DNA of 64,000 nucleotides, taken from the NCBI GenBank assembly GCA_030704615.1, contig CM060733.1, forward strand, positions 17,174,001-17,238,000, read 5' to 3'. This DNA is from Takakia lepidozioides (taxonomy: Eukaryota; Plantae; Bryophyta). The position numbers were made by a program, and so were the translations under genes. The notes beneath the pieces were generated by a model. That model did no database searches. It was not told the origin of the DNA and saw only the letters and a program-made list of their open reading frames with translations. Shown one piece after another: positions 24,501-35,800 of the stretch (positions are counted from its first letter, which is position 1; every line of letters begins with the position of its first letter).

Positions 24501-26122
24501 ATGTCACGGTGAAGTATTTTGCCACGCAGCCCAAGTTGTCCCCAAAACAACTTAGGTGACAAGATACTTTGGCAGTGTTCGACGTGGATATCCAGTACAA
24601 ACCGGGACGAGACAACGTGGTGGCCGATGCTTTAAGTAGAAAAACAGCTCTTGTTGGTGTACAAGGGCGAGACGACGCTCCAAAGGAAGATCCGAAAGGC
24701 TTGCCGGAAGGATGAGCTGGCGAAGTCCGTGATGCAGGACTTGAGGAAAGGGATTAAATCGCAGTTCCACTTGCAAAATGGACTGCTCCGATATAAGCAA
24801 AAACGTCTCTACGTGCCGAAGGGAGGGATCAGAGATAGTCTCTTGAGAGAATGCCATGATAGCCCGCTTGCAGGCCACGGCGAAGCCAAGCGCACCGCGG
24901 CACTCTTGAAGAAAGAGTATTTCTGGCCCAAGCTGAGGGAGGAGGCAGAGGAGTATGTCAAGACATGCACCACATGCCAACAGAACCAGAGCGAGTACAA
25001 AAAGCAAGCGGGGCTGTTACAACCCTTGCCAATTCCAGAGGGGACTTGGGAAAGCGTCTCGATGGATTTCATGACTGCTATGCCGCTGTCAAAAGGATTC
25101 GATGCAATCATGGTGGTGGTGGATAGGTTCAGTAAAATAGGCCATTTCATCCCCACCAAGGAGACGGCAACGGCGCAGGAGACAGGGCGACTTTACTTCG
25201 CCCACGTCTTAAAGCATCATGGAGTCCCGAAGGATATTGTCTCGGACCGCGATCCAAAGTTTACGAGTAAATTTTGGAGGGCACTTTGGAAGAAGATGGG
25301 GACGAGGCTGAAGATGAGCACCGCCTTCCGACCTACGACCGACGGCCAAACAGAAAGAGTGAATTCCGTAGTGAAGCAGATCTTGCGGAATTACGTGTCG
25401 GCAGACCAAACAGACTGGGTGGAACACTTAGACGCGGCAGAGTTCTGTTATAATAACACAGAACACTCCGCAACGGGAGTTTCCCTTTTCGTATTGGTCT
25501 ATGGAAAAGCACCTCTGGTGCCGACAAGTTGGGCCGCCCAAGACGTTGAGGAACCGGCAGTAGCGGCAGTACTGGAAGAACGCGAGCGTTTGTTGAAGCT
25601 CGCAAAGTACAACATTGCCAAAGCTAGGAAACGGTATGAAAGGCAGGCGAATCGGAAGCGGAGGGAAGTGAAGTTTGAGGCAGGCACAGAGGTCTGGTTG
25701 AACATCAAGAATTTCCGACTACCTCCGGAAGTGAGTCCAAAGTTTGTACCTCCGTATGCGGGACCCTTTCGCATTCGGACGGTTATGAATGAGGATGTGT
25801 ATGAATTGGAGCTGCCGGCAAACAACAAGGTGCACCCAGTATTCCATGTCTCCCTTTTGAAGCCTTACTTCAAGCGCGTCCGAATCGGCATCAAGTGTTG
25901 CGTCCGCCACCTATGCTGTTGGATCATGAAAATGAACCTGAGTACGAGGTGGAGACAATACTTAAGTCGAGGAGGTTCAAGAACCGAGAAATGGAGTATC
26001 TCGTCAAATGGAAGGGCTATCATCATGTGGAGGCATCTTGGGTGCGTGCCTCAGAAATGGGAAACGCATCCGAGGCGGTTGCAGCTTTCGAAGGACGACC
26101 TCAAAAGCGGAAGAAGCGTTGA
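21572..26122 (+). pseudogene. gag-pol (gag, Zn knuckle, protease, RT, RNaseH, integrase, chromodomain), disrupted
   Basis: LVDTGAS, YIDD, TDAS, SMDF/SDRD/GQTE, GPF, EYEVETIL..YLVKWKGY..SW. TGA at 24557 (probably from TGG), frameshifts near 24650 and 25875, and the last knuckle Cys replaced by Arg. Confidence 0.95.
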
Positions 26123-27028
26123 TGGGGACATCAACCTTGGAGCGTGGGGGGAGGAAATGCATGCTTAGCCCGGCTTAGCTAGCTTAGGAATCCGATTGCA
26201 AAAACTTGTATTGTACAAAAATTTGTTATAAAGGAAATGGGTTCCAAATTCTGTGCGTCCTATTTTGTTTGGAATGGTGATGCATGGTGTGGTTGGCTAG
26301 TGTGTAGAATGCATGCTAGCTTACAAAAGTGGGAGAGGTAAATTGGGTTAATCGTGTGTTTGCGTAGTGCCGAAATCGGGTGACCCCCATCCGAGGGGCA
26401 AGGAAACTTGCGCCTTCTTTGGGAGTTCACGTGCTAGTGCGCACCTGGCGCGTGCGCGTACTATAACTGCGCTACCGAGGGGGTTGCCTTGTAGTGCGGG
26501 CTAACGCGGAAGGTACGTGCTTCCGTTCACGTACTATAATCGTGTAGCCTCGGGACGAAGTCGTAGTGCGGCTTCGGCGTGTTCCCGTACCTCAAGCCAG
26601 CATTCCAAGGCGGACCCAATTGTAGTGATTGGGGCGCACGGTTGGTTCAAGGTTATCTTCCTAGTCAAAGAGGGTTCCAGGGAACCCTTGCTCAAGGTGA
26701 TGCCAAAAGCGGCATCATGAGCGGTCGCAAGCAATGTTGTTGCAGTAAGGCGATTCGATCCTCGGGGAGGATCGTTCCTTGGCCTTGAAGTAGGCTAAGA
26801 AGAGTGCACTGGGAGGAGCTGGAGAGGCTCCACCCTTGGCCGGGACTTGGAGGAAGTCGGCCAAACTAGCTAGTGGAGAGTAGAGTCAAGTGTGGGGTTT
26901 GGTTCTTTGCCATGGGACGCCATGGTACGGAAACAAACTCCTTGATGTGGGACGCCACAACTTGGATGTTCGTTTCTACAAAATGGACAAGTCAATGAGG
27001 ACATCGACTCCCTGTTGGTAGGGGTGTG

Positions 27029-27443
27029 TGTCGCGGCCCTTTGCCTTGAGGGCAGGGGGTCGGGACACATGAGGGGCTGCCCCTGTGGTGGGGGCAGCGG
27101 CAGTGATAGGTATGGGGGCTGAAGCACCCTTGAGTGCCCAAGGCACTCAGGAAGCGGAGGCGCTCTGTCGCGGCCCTTTGCCTTGAGGGCAGGGGGTCGG
27201 GACACATGAGGGGCTGCCCCTGTGGTGGGGGCAGCGGCAGTGATAGGTATGGGGGGCTGAAGCACCCTTGAGTGCCCAAGGCACTCAGGGAAGCGGAGGC
27301 GCTCTGTCGCGGCCCTTTGCCTTGAGGGCAGGGGGTCGGGACACATGAGGGGCTGCCCCTGTGGTGGGGGCAGCGGCAGTGATAGGTATGGGGGGCTGAA
27401 GCACCCTTGAGTGCCCAAGGCACTCAGGGAAGCGGAGGCGCTC
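27029..27443 (+). repeat. Three tandem copies (137-139 bp) of the first U3 segment in the 3' LTR
   Basis: Units start TGTCGCGGCC at 27029, 27166 and 27305; the 5' LTR has only one copy. Confidence 0.95.
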
Positions 27444-29029
27444 ACTAGGTGGAGCCCCGCACACCGGGTTGCGGTGGGGGTGGCTCCACAAGGAGTGGTG
27501 GTAGCTTTGCGGGACTTAGTGGGGGTGGCATAGGACTCACCATGGGGGCGGAGAACTCGTGGTGGGAGTCGTGGGGAGTCTTGGGACTCATCACAGTCCA
27601 TAGGGGCCGTGGTGAGTGGGCCAAGACTCACCGCGACTCATCACCGGGAGTCGAGGGTTTTCGTGGTGGTTCGCCATAAAATGGCATGGCTGGTTGTGAA
27701 ACCCCCGCGGACAGCTACAGAAGTATATATAGAGAGAAGTAACCCCGAGAACGGTGCAAGCCCGTTGGTGACCAAAAACTAGTGAGTAAGCGAGCGAGCC
27801 GGAAAGTGACCAAAGAGTGGGGAGCTGTTCCGGACTGCCAACTACCAAAGGGAATTCCCGCTGGTTCCAAATCGGTGGAGGGTTCTTTGGGAGAACAAAG
27901 GGGAAGTTGGCCCGGCGGCCGAGTTGGGAGTCAGGCGCGCGCATCAAAGCGAGTAACTATGACTTGAGGGGGAGCTTGCCGAAGTGAGGTGCGCAACAAG
28001 GAAACTACCCAAAAACAGATAACAAGATGAAGAGAAGCTTTGGAATGAACACTTTTCCGACCCCAATCAGTGGGGGGACAATGGAGACAAAAAGATGAGT
28101 GCTTGTTCGACTACAGAGAGAAGCAGTTGCAATTCAGAAATTGGAACTACTGTTAAGTAGGGTTGGGGTGTTTTCTGGAAGAACTTCACGCCGTCGGTGT
28201 CAGCTGCTAGCAGCAAGGCTGAGGGATGTATTCATGATCTGTACACGGGCACGGATAGCTGAAGGACCGGGGATAGCTGAGGGACCAGGGATAGAGGTCC
28301 AAATTCATGTTTAGGTTCAGGCTGAGGGATCAATAGCTACAAGAAATCAGCTGGAGTAGATGGTCAGTTGTTGCAAATGGAAACAATAGCGGCAGCAGCA
28401 CAATTGATAGAATGAGGTGTTGCTAATGAAGGTACCTTCCTCAACACATTTCAGCCATAGAGTAGTAGACGCATTCAGCATAGGAACTAGCCTTGAGAAG
28501 CTGAGTTGGGTGTTTCCTAGAATAAATCAGGCTGTCATTGTCAGCTACTAGCAGCAAGGCAAGGATGAATGCATGATTTGTGCAGAGGCATGGGTAGCTA
28601 AAGGAGCAAAGAGAGTGTGGGTCCAGATTCATCCTATAGGGCCAGATTTCAAGCAGACGATTACCTATGATTCCTTGTGGATCAATAGCTACAAGAAACC
28701 TGCATAGGTAGATGGTCTATTCCGTGGGACTCAATCTGTCACTGAGTCTTGCATTATGAGGATCACAATTGCTTGGTAGCTTACCTGCACGAGGCCTTGA
28801 CCCTTAGGCAATCCCCAGAGCAGTAGTCGCTTTAGGCTGCTTTTTTGCTTTGGTTTTTTCATTTTGTACCATAAGTTCTTTGAGCTTTCCGCAGATGTAA
28901 TAAAGTACCATTTTGTTTCATTTCATTTCATTTTCATTTCGTTTTGTTTCATGGCATGTCTTTCATCGTTTTCGCATTTCTAATGACATCATTAGTTCTC
29001 TTGTATGGCATTACATGCGTATGTACTAG

Positions 29030-29581
29030 TCGGCTTACTACAAATACCAAAACTTCAAAGCATGAACCACTATGAGTGATTGTTCAAGTAATTTCGAGCA
29101 CTTCATTTAAAGTAGTAAAGCAGTGGTTGCGCCGACTTTCGCAGTGGCAAATCGGCGCAACCACTGGGCATGTAGCATTGCAAGTTATGTGGTCGACTGC
29201 CACGTGGCGCCCTGGGCCCGTGCCATGTGGCAGCAGTGCTGCTCGTCGCGGCGCCGCCACGTCGTCATCCACATCGTCGTCCATGTCCGCGTCCACGTCT
29301 GCGTCCATGTGTCACTGCGCTCCGGTAAGTCAGTCCACTCATCCGGAGGGAAAAGTCAAAGTCAGCCCAAAAGGTCAGACACACGGGCGGCCAGCCTGGT
29401 TACGCCACGTGGTTCTTCAGCATTAACCGCAATAATTGCTGAGCAGTTGTTCGCGCGTCTGCGTCATTTACCACTCCAATCATTGGATGTCCGACCCCAA
29501 CTTCCACGTCTATTGTAACTAGTCGTTTGTAAATTCCGATTTTTTGACTTTTACGACTCAAAATGAGTCGTTACCCTAGTG
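29030..29581. mobile_element. Probable DNA-transposon terminal fragment (CACGTG-rich; ends in a hairpin plus CTAGTG)
   Basis: ACGACTCA-AAA-TGAGTCGT hairpin at 29553-29571, then TACCCTAGTG. This fits either a CACTA right end or a Helitron-like 3' end; no partner end found. Confidence 0.35.
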
Positions 29582-31275
29582 GTAAATGACACAAATGCTT
29601 CTAGACGTTGAAGATGAAATCGCAAAGCCCGCAACTCTAAGGCCCCCATGCCTTGCAACATCAATGATAGCCAGGCCTGCCCCACCGGGCCAGGGCCATG
29701 GTAAAGCTCTGGACCCCTAACTGCAGAGAGAGGTAGGTAGAGGCCAAGTTTAAGCCACGTTAGTTGTTGGTGATGAAGAAAGCGGGTTTGATCACCCCTG
29801 CAGGCAGGCGCTCAGAGTTGCGCAGATCCAACTCCTGCCCGGCAAGATGTCTAGCTCTAGAAATCACAGCAGTAGATTCAAGCGAGGGCCTAACAAATAA
29901 AGACTCGTGATGGCTTGTTAGTGCAGCAAAATCCTCCTCGATAGCTCTCTCTATTCTCCCAAACCAGAGACGGTCTTCATCAGTGATTTCACAAAGTAAG
30001 TCACCAAACTCTCGCGACAATTTGATCTCTCGCTCAAGTTCTGCTACTTGCTGTCTATCACTAAGGTAATCAGGCCAGGATCCACAAAATTGTCGAAGTT
30101 GTAACAATCCAGGTCGAAGCTATCTAAGGAACTAGATGATCTCACAGGACTCGGCGACCAAGCCTCAACTTTTACTAGGTTAGCATAATCGCTAGTACTC
30201 AAGAGAGCTCAAAAGAACAACAAAGATTTGCACTCACAATAGTGTTAGCAACTACAGGAGGCACAAACAAGGCAACAATGCCAGACCGCTCTTTAGAAAC
30301 TACAAGATTAGGATGCAACGACATAGAAACTTCATGCTGAATGCAAGGAACATCCCCTTCCCTGTTAGCAACACAGCTAGAGACTGTAGCAGTAGCCATG
30401 ACATGCAAAAGTTAGGCAACAGTGAGACAACGCGGCAACAAGCAAAAACGCCGCAAGGAGGCCAGCCGCCATCATTAGGAAAGACTATAAAGCAACTAGC
30501 ACAAGCAAGATTAGTCCGTGCGATACTTAAGCATCCAGGGACGACCAACAGACGAGAAACAAAACCAAAAAACATCCGCGCAGCTACCTGACGAGACTCC
30601 ACCACAAATCTGAGCCGAAGAATATGCTCATTTCCTCTCAAAGAATCAGCTTTTCACAAGAAGGGGGGTAAGCATGAGACAAGCAATGCGCAAGAGGATG
30701 ATCAATGCGGGATCTCTGACACCAAAGCTCTCATCCACACTGCGCTCAAGAACTTCACATACACGGTAACACCAGAGTACACCAGGCTGCCTGACACAAG
30801 TCAGGGCGCCGCTTATACACTAACCCTAGAGCTGTTATAAGCTGCCGCATGGCAAGGCGCTATAAGCTGAGCGTGCGGCACCTCTTTCCTGCCATGGATT
30901 TAATCGGACGGCCCAGATGAAGGCACCTTCTAAACTAACCTCAGTCCGAGGTATGATTGCAATGGAACCAATGGTACAATCAGCGAAAAAATACTAGGGA
31001 TGAATGAGTATAGCTAACGGATGAAATAGGTAAAATAAAAAGGTAGGAAAGAATGGGCCTTCACAGGGTCGTGCGAAATGTATTGAAGTTTACAAAATTA
31101 TTCTGGCAAAGCAAGAGACACAGCCCAAAAAGCCAACCTTCATTGCTATAAGAAAGAAAAGAAAGAAAGAAAGAATTTATGATGTCCACTAAGAGCAGTA
31201 ACTCGGTATCTTCATTGTTTATCTTACGCATCTCAGAATTTGTTTATCTTACACATCTCACTGGTGTCCTTGCAG

Positions 31276-31360
31276 AAAGATGAAGATGCACAAAAATGTG
31301 GCTCTGTTTTTCTTGGGGTGGTTTGTTCTTTCATGCATTCTTAGCCTTACTTTGAAATAG
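31276..31360 (+). pseudogene. Frameshifted duplicate of the last NdhU exon
   Basis: Same as 3738-3830 but 8 bp shorter; upstream exons absent. Confidence 0.8.
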
Positions 31361-32875
31361 AAGGGATTGTACATTAGAGAGTGAAGCAGGACATAGTAGT
31401 AAGGATATAGCATCTCATGCCATAGCTGGTGCATAGAATAGCAGTCTGTATACCCTCAAATGCAGTGTAGATAAAGGGCCTTCTCTCAGTACGTGTTGTG
31501 ATGGGATGTGAAGTATATGAAACTTTGCCTTTCTCCGAAAGAATGTAAGCTCTTGTATGGAGTCTTGACTTCAGAGCTCAACTTTCAAACAGTCTACAAG
31601 ATTACCCAGAGATTCCTTTCCATGTGGCATTTCTTTGTTTGGATTGCCCACAAGGATAACATTGCCTTGGTTTGGTTTCTTTTACACCCATAATTATTGA
31701 CATGGTGTGGAACCCCTAACTGAAGGGAGTGTGCGTAGTCATGGCTACTTCTACATGGACCAAACCAGCTCATATGCCAGTGTAAAAAAACTGGCACATT
31801 TCTGGAAGTTTACAATGTGATGTTTTTAAGATGGAAGACTTTTGGCCACAGCTCTTTGAGATAGGCCTAGAAAACTCCTCCACTCCTTCACAACATTATC
31901 CATTGGGTGCCATGTAGGACGCCATGGCTTTTGGGCCAAAGCAAACTTGGACCATCAGCATTGCTCCCTCACAAACACACACCCAACACTCAAAAAGCAA
32001 GTAGAAACTAGAAACCTCACATGAGAAACCAAACACTCCCGGACGGAAAGCAACGCAGCCAAACACTCACTCGCTCAGTCAAGAACAGTCTACCACAGAC
32101 CGCCTGCCACAGTGTGTTTGGCTCTAAATACAGATGCGTGAAAATGACATAAAAGATCTTGTATGCACAGCAGGTCCAGCTTGGGCATGAATATGGGTGT
32201 TTAGGATTATGTTAGCTCACTTTCATTAAGCCTCAAAAGTGTGTTTTCAAATTGTTGGCTGGATCGACTCGATGGCTTGCAGGCTAAGGTATGAATGTAT
32301 ATCCTCTGAGCTTGCTGCTTGGACGGCACATTTCTTTGGTGAATTGCTGATATGCAGGATAATTTGGGTCTTGGCCAGAAAGCAGGGTTGTCAGTCATCT
32401 CACAGTGCTTAGGTATGTGTCGCAGGTCAAGCGCAAGAAATGTGATCCTGCGAGTTCGTCTGAAGGACTCGCCTTTTAACGCGGTAGAAGAGAAATAGCC
32501 GGGGTGCGTAGCTTGGCTTATGTATTGTGGGCTGTTGGCATGGCCAGAGCCTATAATGTGATGGGCTGTTAAGGAGACCGATTGATTTCTGTGAAGCCAT
32601 CCGGTGGGGGCTCTTTTTGGCACTAACAAACATCCTTTTTAGCAAGGAGATATCCTCTGCAACACTGTTTCCAGTGCATCCTACTCCCCAAGCTGTACTT
32701 CACCTCTAATGATCATCCCCACCATAGGAAGCCAATTGGTTGACATGTACTGATGTTTATACTTTCGAGTCTATAATCATTCCTTTCCACCTTGCAAAGC
32801 TTACGCATGTGGTAACATATATGACCTCTTCAACCTCACAATTGAAGCAACACACTTTCTTTCATGTTGCTGGCT

Positions 32876-35800
32876 TCACCAGTAATCCCCACAAGAGCAA
32901 ACCCCATCTCGGAAGTGATGAAAGCGGTTCGCATCCCGTACAACAAGTGTCCGCCCAACAATCTTCGAGAGGAACTTACTGGCAGTATGGCAGTCACGAC
33001 ACACCCGAAGGTTCTTGATCACACAGATGGGCATTCCAGGAGACGTGCTGATGAGTCCAAACACAATGGCCAGCTTCTCACTGTGGTGACAAAGAGATAA
33101 TTCCTTTTGCTCCTCCTCCACGTCATGCAACACAAGGCGCGTGTCAGGCATGTACCCTGCCTCCATCATTTGCCCAGACAACCTCCTCAGCTCAGCATGG
33201 ATTTCCTTAATTTTTGGATGCAATCTGTCTTCCATAACAAACTCATGAACCTGGTTGTTCAACTCAATCCAACTGCGCCCTGGCTCCTTTCTCACACCTA
33301 TTTCCTCCATCATTTGTCTAACCTTTGCTGTATCATCCCACCTGCCAGCCGCAGCATAGATGTTGGACAGTAGCACGTAAGCTCCAGCATGCCGTGGATT
33401 GCACTTCAGAACGCATTTTGCAGCACGTTCTGCCAACTCAACATTGCCATGAATTCTGCAGGCACCAAGCAAAGCCACCCACACACAAGTATCAGGTTCT
33501 ATTGGCATTTTCTTAATAAAGTGCTCTGCCTCATCCAATCGCCCTGAACGGCAAAGTAGGTCGACCATGCAGCCAAAATGCTCCACTGCAGGTGTAAGGC
33601 CATGATCTCGACTCATGGAATGAAAGTAGTGATGGCCTTCATCAAATAGGCCCACATGGCTACAAGCGGAGAGAAGAGGTATAAAGCTGATACCGTCTGG
33701 CTGGAAGCCTTCCTGTTGCATATGTTTAAATAGTCTGATGGCTTCCCTACCACACCCATGCTGAGCATATCCTGCGATCATGGCAGTCCATGAAATCACA
33801 TTTCGTTCCAGCATTTCGTCAAACACTTGACGTGCATCCTTGACGCTCCCACATTTGGCATACATGTCGACAAGAGTGGTTTTCAAATTAATGCATACCA
33901 CAATTCCAGCTTTGAGAATGTCAGCATGGACCTGCTTACCCTTTACCAGAGCTCCTATGATGGCAATTGCATTGAGAACACAAATGAATGTGACCCTGTC
34001 GGGCATCACCCCTTCCAGTTGCATTTGCTCATACAATTTGAAGGCCTCTTCACCACAACCCTGCTGGGTATACCCTGTGATGATCGCATTCCATGAGACC
34101 ACATTTCTTTCAGCCATTCTGTCAAACATATGACGTGCATCCTTAAGGCTCCTGCATTTGGCGTACATATCCACGAGACTATTCTCTAAATTAATAGACG
34201 ACTTAATTCCAGTTTTAATGAAGTCAGCATGGACCTGCTTGCCCCTCTCCAGGTGTCCTAGGCTCACACAGGCCTTGAGAACACAAATGAATGTGACCAC
34301 AGCTGGCATCACACCTTGCCGTTGCATTTGCTCATAGATTTTGAAACCCTCTTCACCTTGCCCATGCTGAGCATGGCATGTGATCATGGCATTCCATGAG
34401 ATCACATCTCGTTCAGGCATTTTGTCAAACACTTGACGTGCACCCCTCACACTCCCACATTTAGCATATCCTGCAATCATGACATTCCAGGAGTTCACAT
34501 TTGGTTTTGCCATTTTCTCAAACACTTGTCTTGCATCCTTCATACTCCCACATTTGGCATACATATCAACAAGAGCATTCTCCAAAGTTATGTCTGAGGC
34601 AATTCCCATTTTCAAAATGTTAGCATGGACCTGCTGGGCCCTTTCCAGAGCTCCAAGTCTGCCACACGCTGTCAGAACACAAGTGAACGTGACCCTGTCA
34701 GGCATCACCCCTTCTTGTATCATTTGCTCATAGACTTCCAAAGCCTTCTCAGCATGCCCATGCTTAGCATATCCTGCAATCATCATACTCCAAGTGAACA
34801 TATCTCGTTCAGCCATTTTCTCAAACACTTGTCGTGCATCTGCCACGCTCCCACATTTGCTATACATGTTGATAAGGCTGTTGTCTAAAAAGATGCTTGG
34901 CTTGACTCCACTTTGCACAATGTGGGCATGCACCTGCTTTCCCTCCTCTAGGGCCTTCATGTTGATGCACCCCTGCAAGAGACAGACGTAAGGATTGGAG
35001 TCTGGCCGAACGCCTGTTTGATTCAAAACGTGGAGCGCCTCTTTCAGTCGTCCCTCCTTGCATAGTGACCTTACATTCCCATGAAACCCAGAAGGTTTCT
35101 TGCTGAATCCCACTCTCGGGCCTCCCTCATCAGATTGTGGGTGATCCTCTGCCATGGCAGCTAGCTCTGCTTTCACCCAAGGGGGGTTTGAGGAACTGTC
35201 AATCCAAAGCACTTCCTTTGTTCGCTTATGTCTGAAGTCAGGTGATCTTGGACTTTTCTGTGACAGACCACGAGTACCCCATAGCCTCACCGACAGCTCC
35301 ATATAGACAGGGTTACAACTGTCCAGCTCCCAAGCATCTTAAATGATGTTGAACCACCTACCAAATGCCAACAGTGCGGCAGCATTTGCAGCTTCTTCAG
35401 AACAAAGAGCAAAATCGTCATTGGTGTAACCAACTGAAGCATCTTCATACCAGCTTCATTCAGAAGTCCTCCTTGACTCACCTTCTCAAGCCTGTTATCC
35501 CACCACAGTGAAGGATCTGAAAAGAATTCTTGCCAGAGTTGTTCTTGGGTCGTCACTTTACCTGCGTGCCAGAAAATGCAAGCGTGAGAGTGTTGGCAGC
35601 TTCTCATTGTCCTTACTGAAGATCACTAATGTAGCTTTTGGAGAACTTTCTGCAAGCAATTGTGATCTCTTTCTGTTGAAGATATACAAACATACCAGAC
35701 ATTGCAGGTGTTGCTGTGGATACTGAAGGGGTCTCTATTGGACAGGGCAACATTTCAAGCCAGCTCATTTGATCATACTCACACTCTGCCAAAGCATGAT

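Larger units (their letters stand above)
20790..27998 (+). mobile_element. Full-length Ty3/gypsy chromovirus with 5-bp TSD AGGAA
   Basis: TSD at 20785-20789 and 27999-28003. 5' LTR 20790-21516 (TG..CA). PBS TGGTATCAGAGCC (tRNA-iMet) at 21519-21531. PPT about 27015-27028. 3' LTR 27029-27998. Confidence 0.97.
19990..28720 (+). pseudogene. Degenerate PDF-motif repeat gene (exons about 20235-20306 and 28028-28094) split by the chromovirus
   Basis: EKLWNEYNSDPSQWWNNPGKK|GTGAAT and EEKLWNEHFSDPNQWGDNGDKK|ATGAGT (dead donor). Flanking intron blocks recur: 19990-20085 resembles 28358-28452, and 20320-20520 resembles 28110-28310 and 28465-28655. Confidence 0.6.

Noticed and set aside
26870-27631. 253-aa and 143-aa minus-strand ORFs
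   Set aside because: Products of the GC-rich triplicated LTR segment.
29600-31065. Possible minus-strand LTR or 115-aa gene (29760-30107)
   Set aside because: A TGTGAAGGCCC start and TATA-like signal are suggestive, but there is no second boundary, TSD, PBS or recognisable domain.
31930-32870. Minus-strand ORFs downstream of the PPR stop
   Set aside because: No recognisable motifs and many stops; probably 3' UTR or decayed sequence.
35258-35302. ORF-track N-terminus MELSVRLWGTRGLSQ of the PPR protein
   Set aside because: Lies in an intron; the CAG acceptor at 35258-35260 restores the complete PDF motif.
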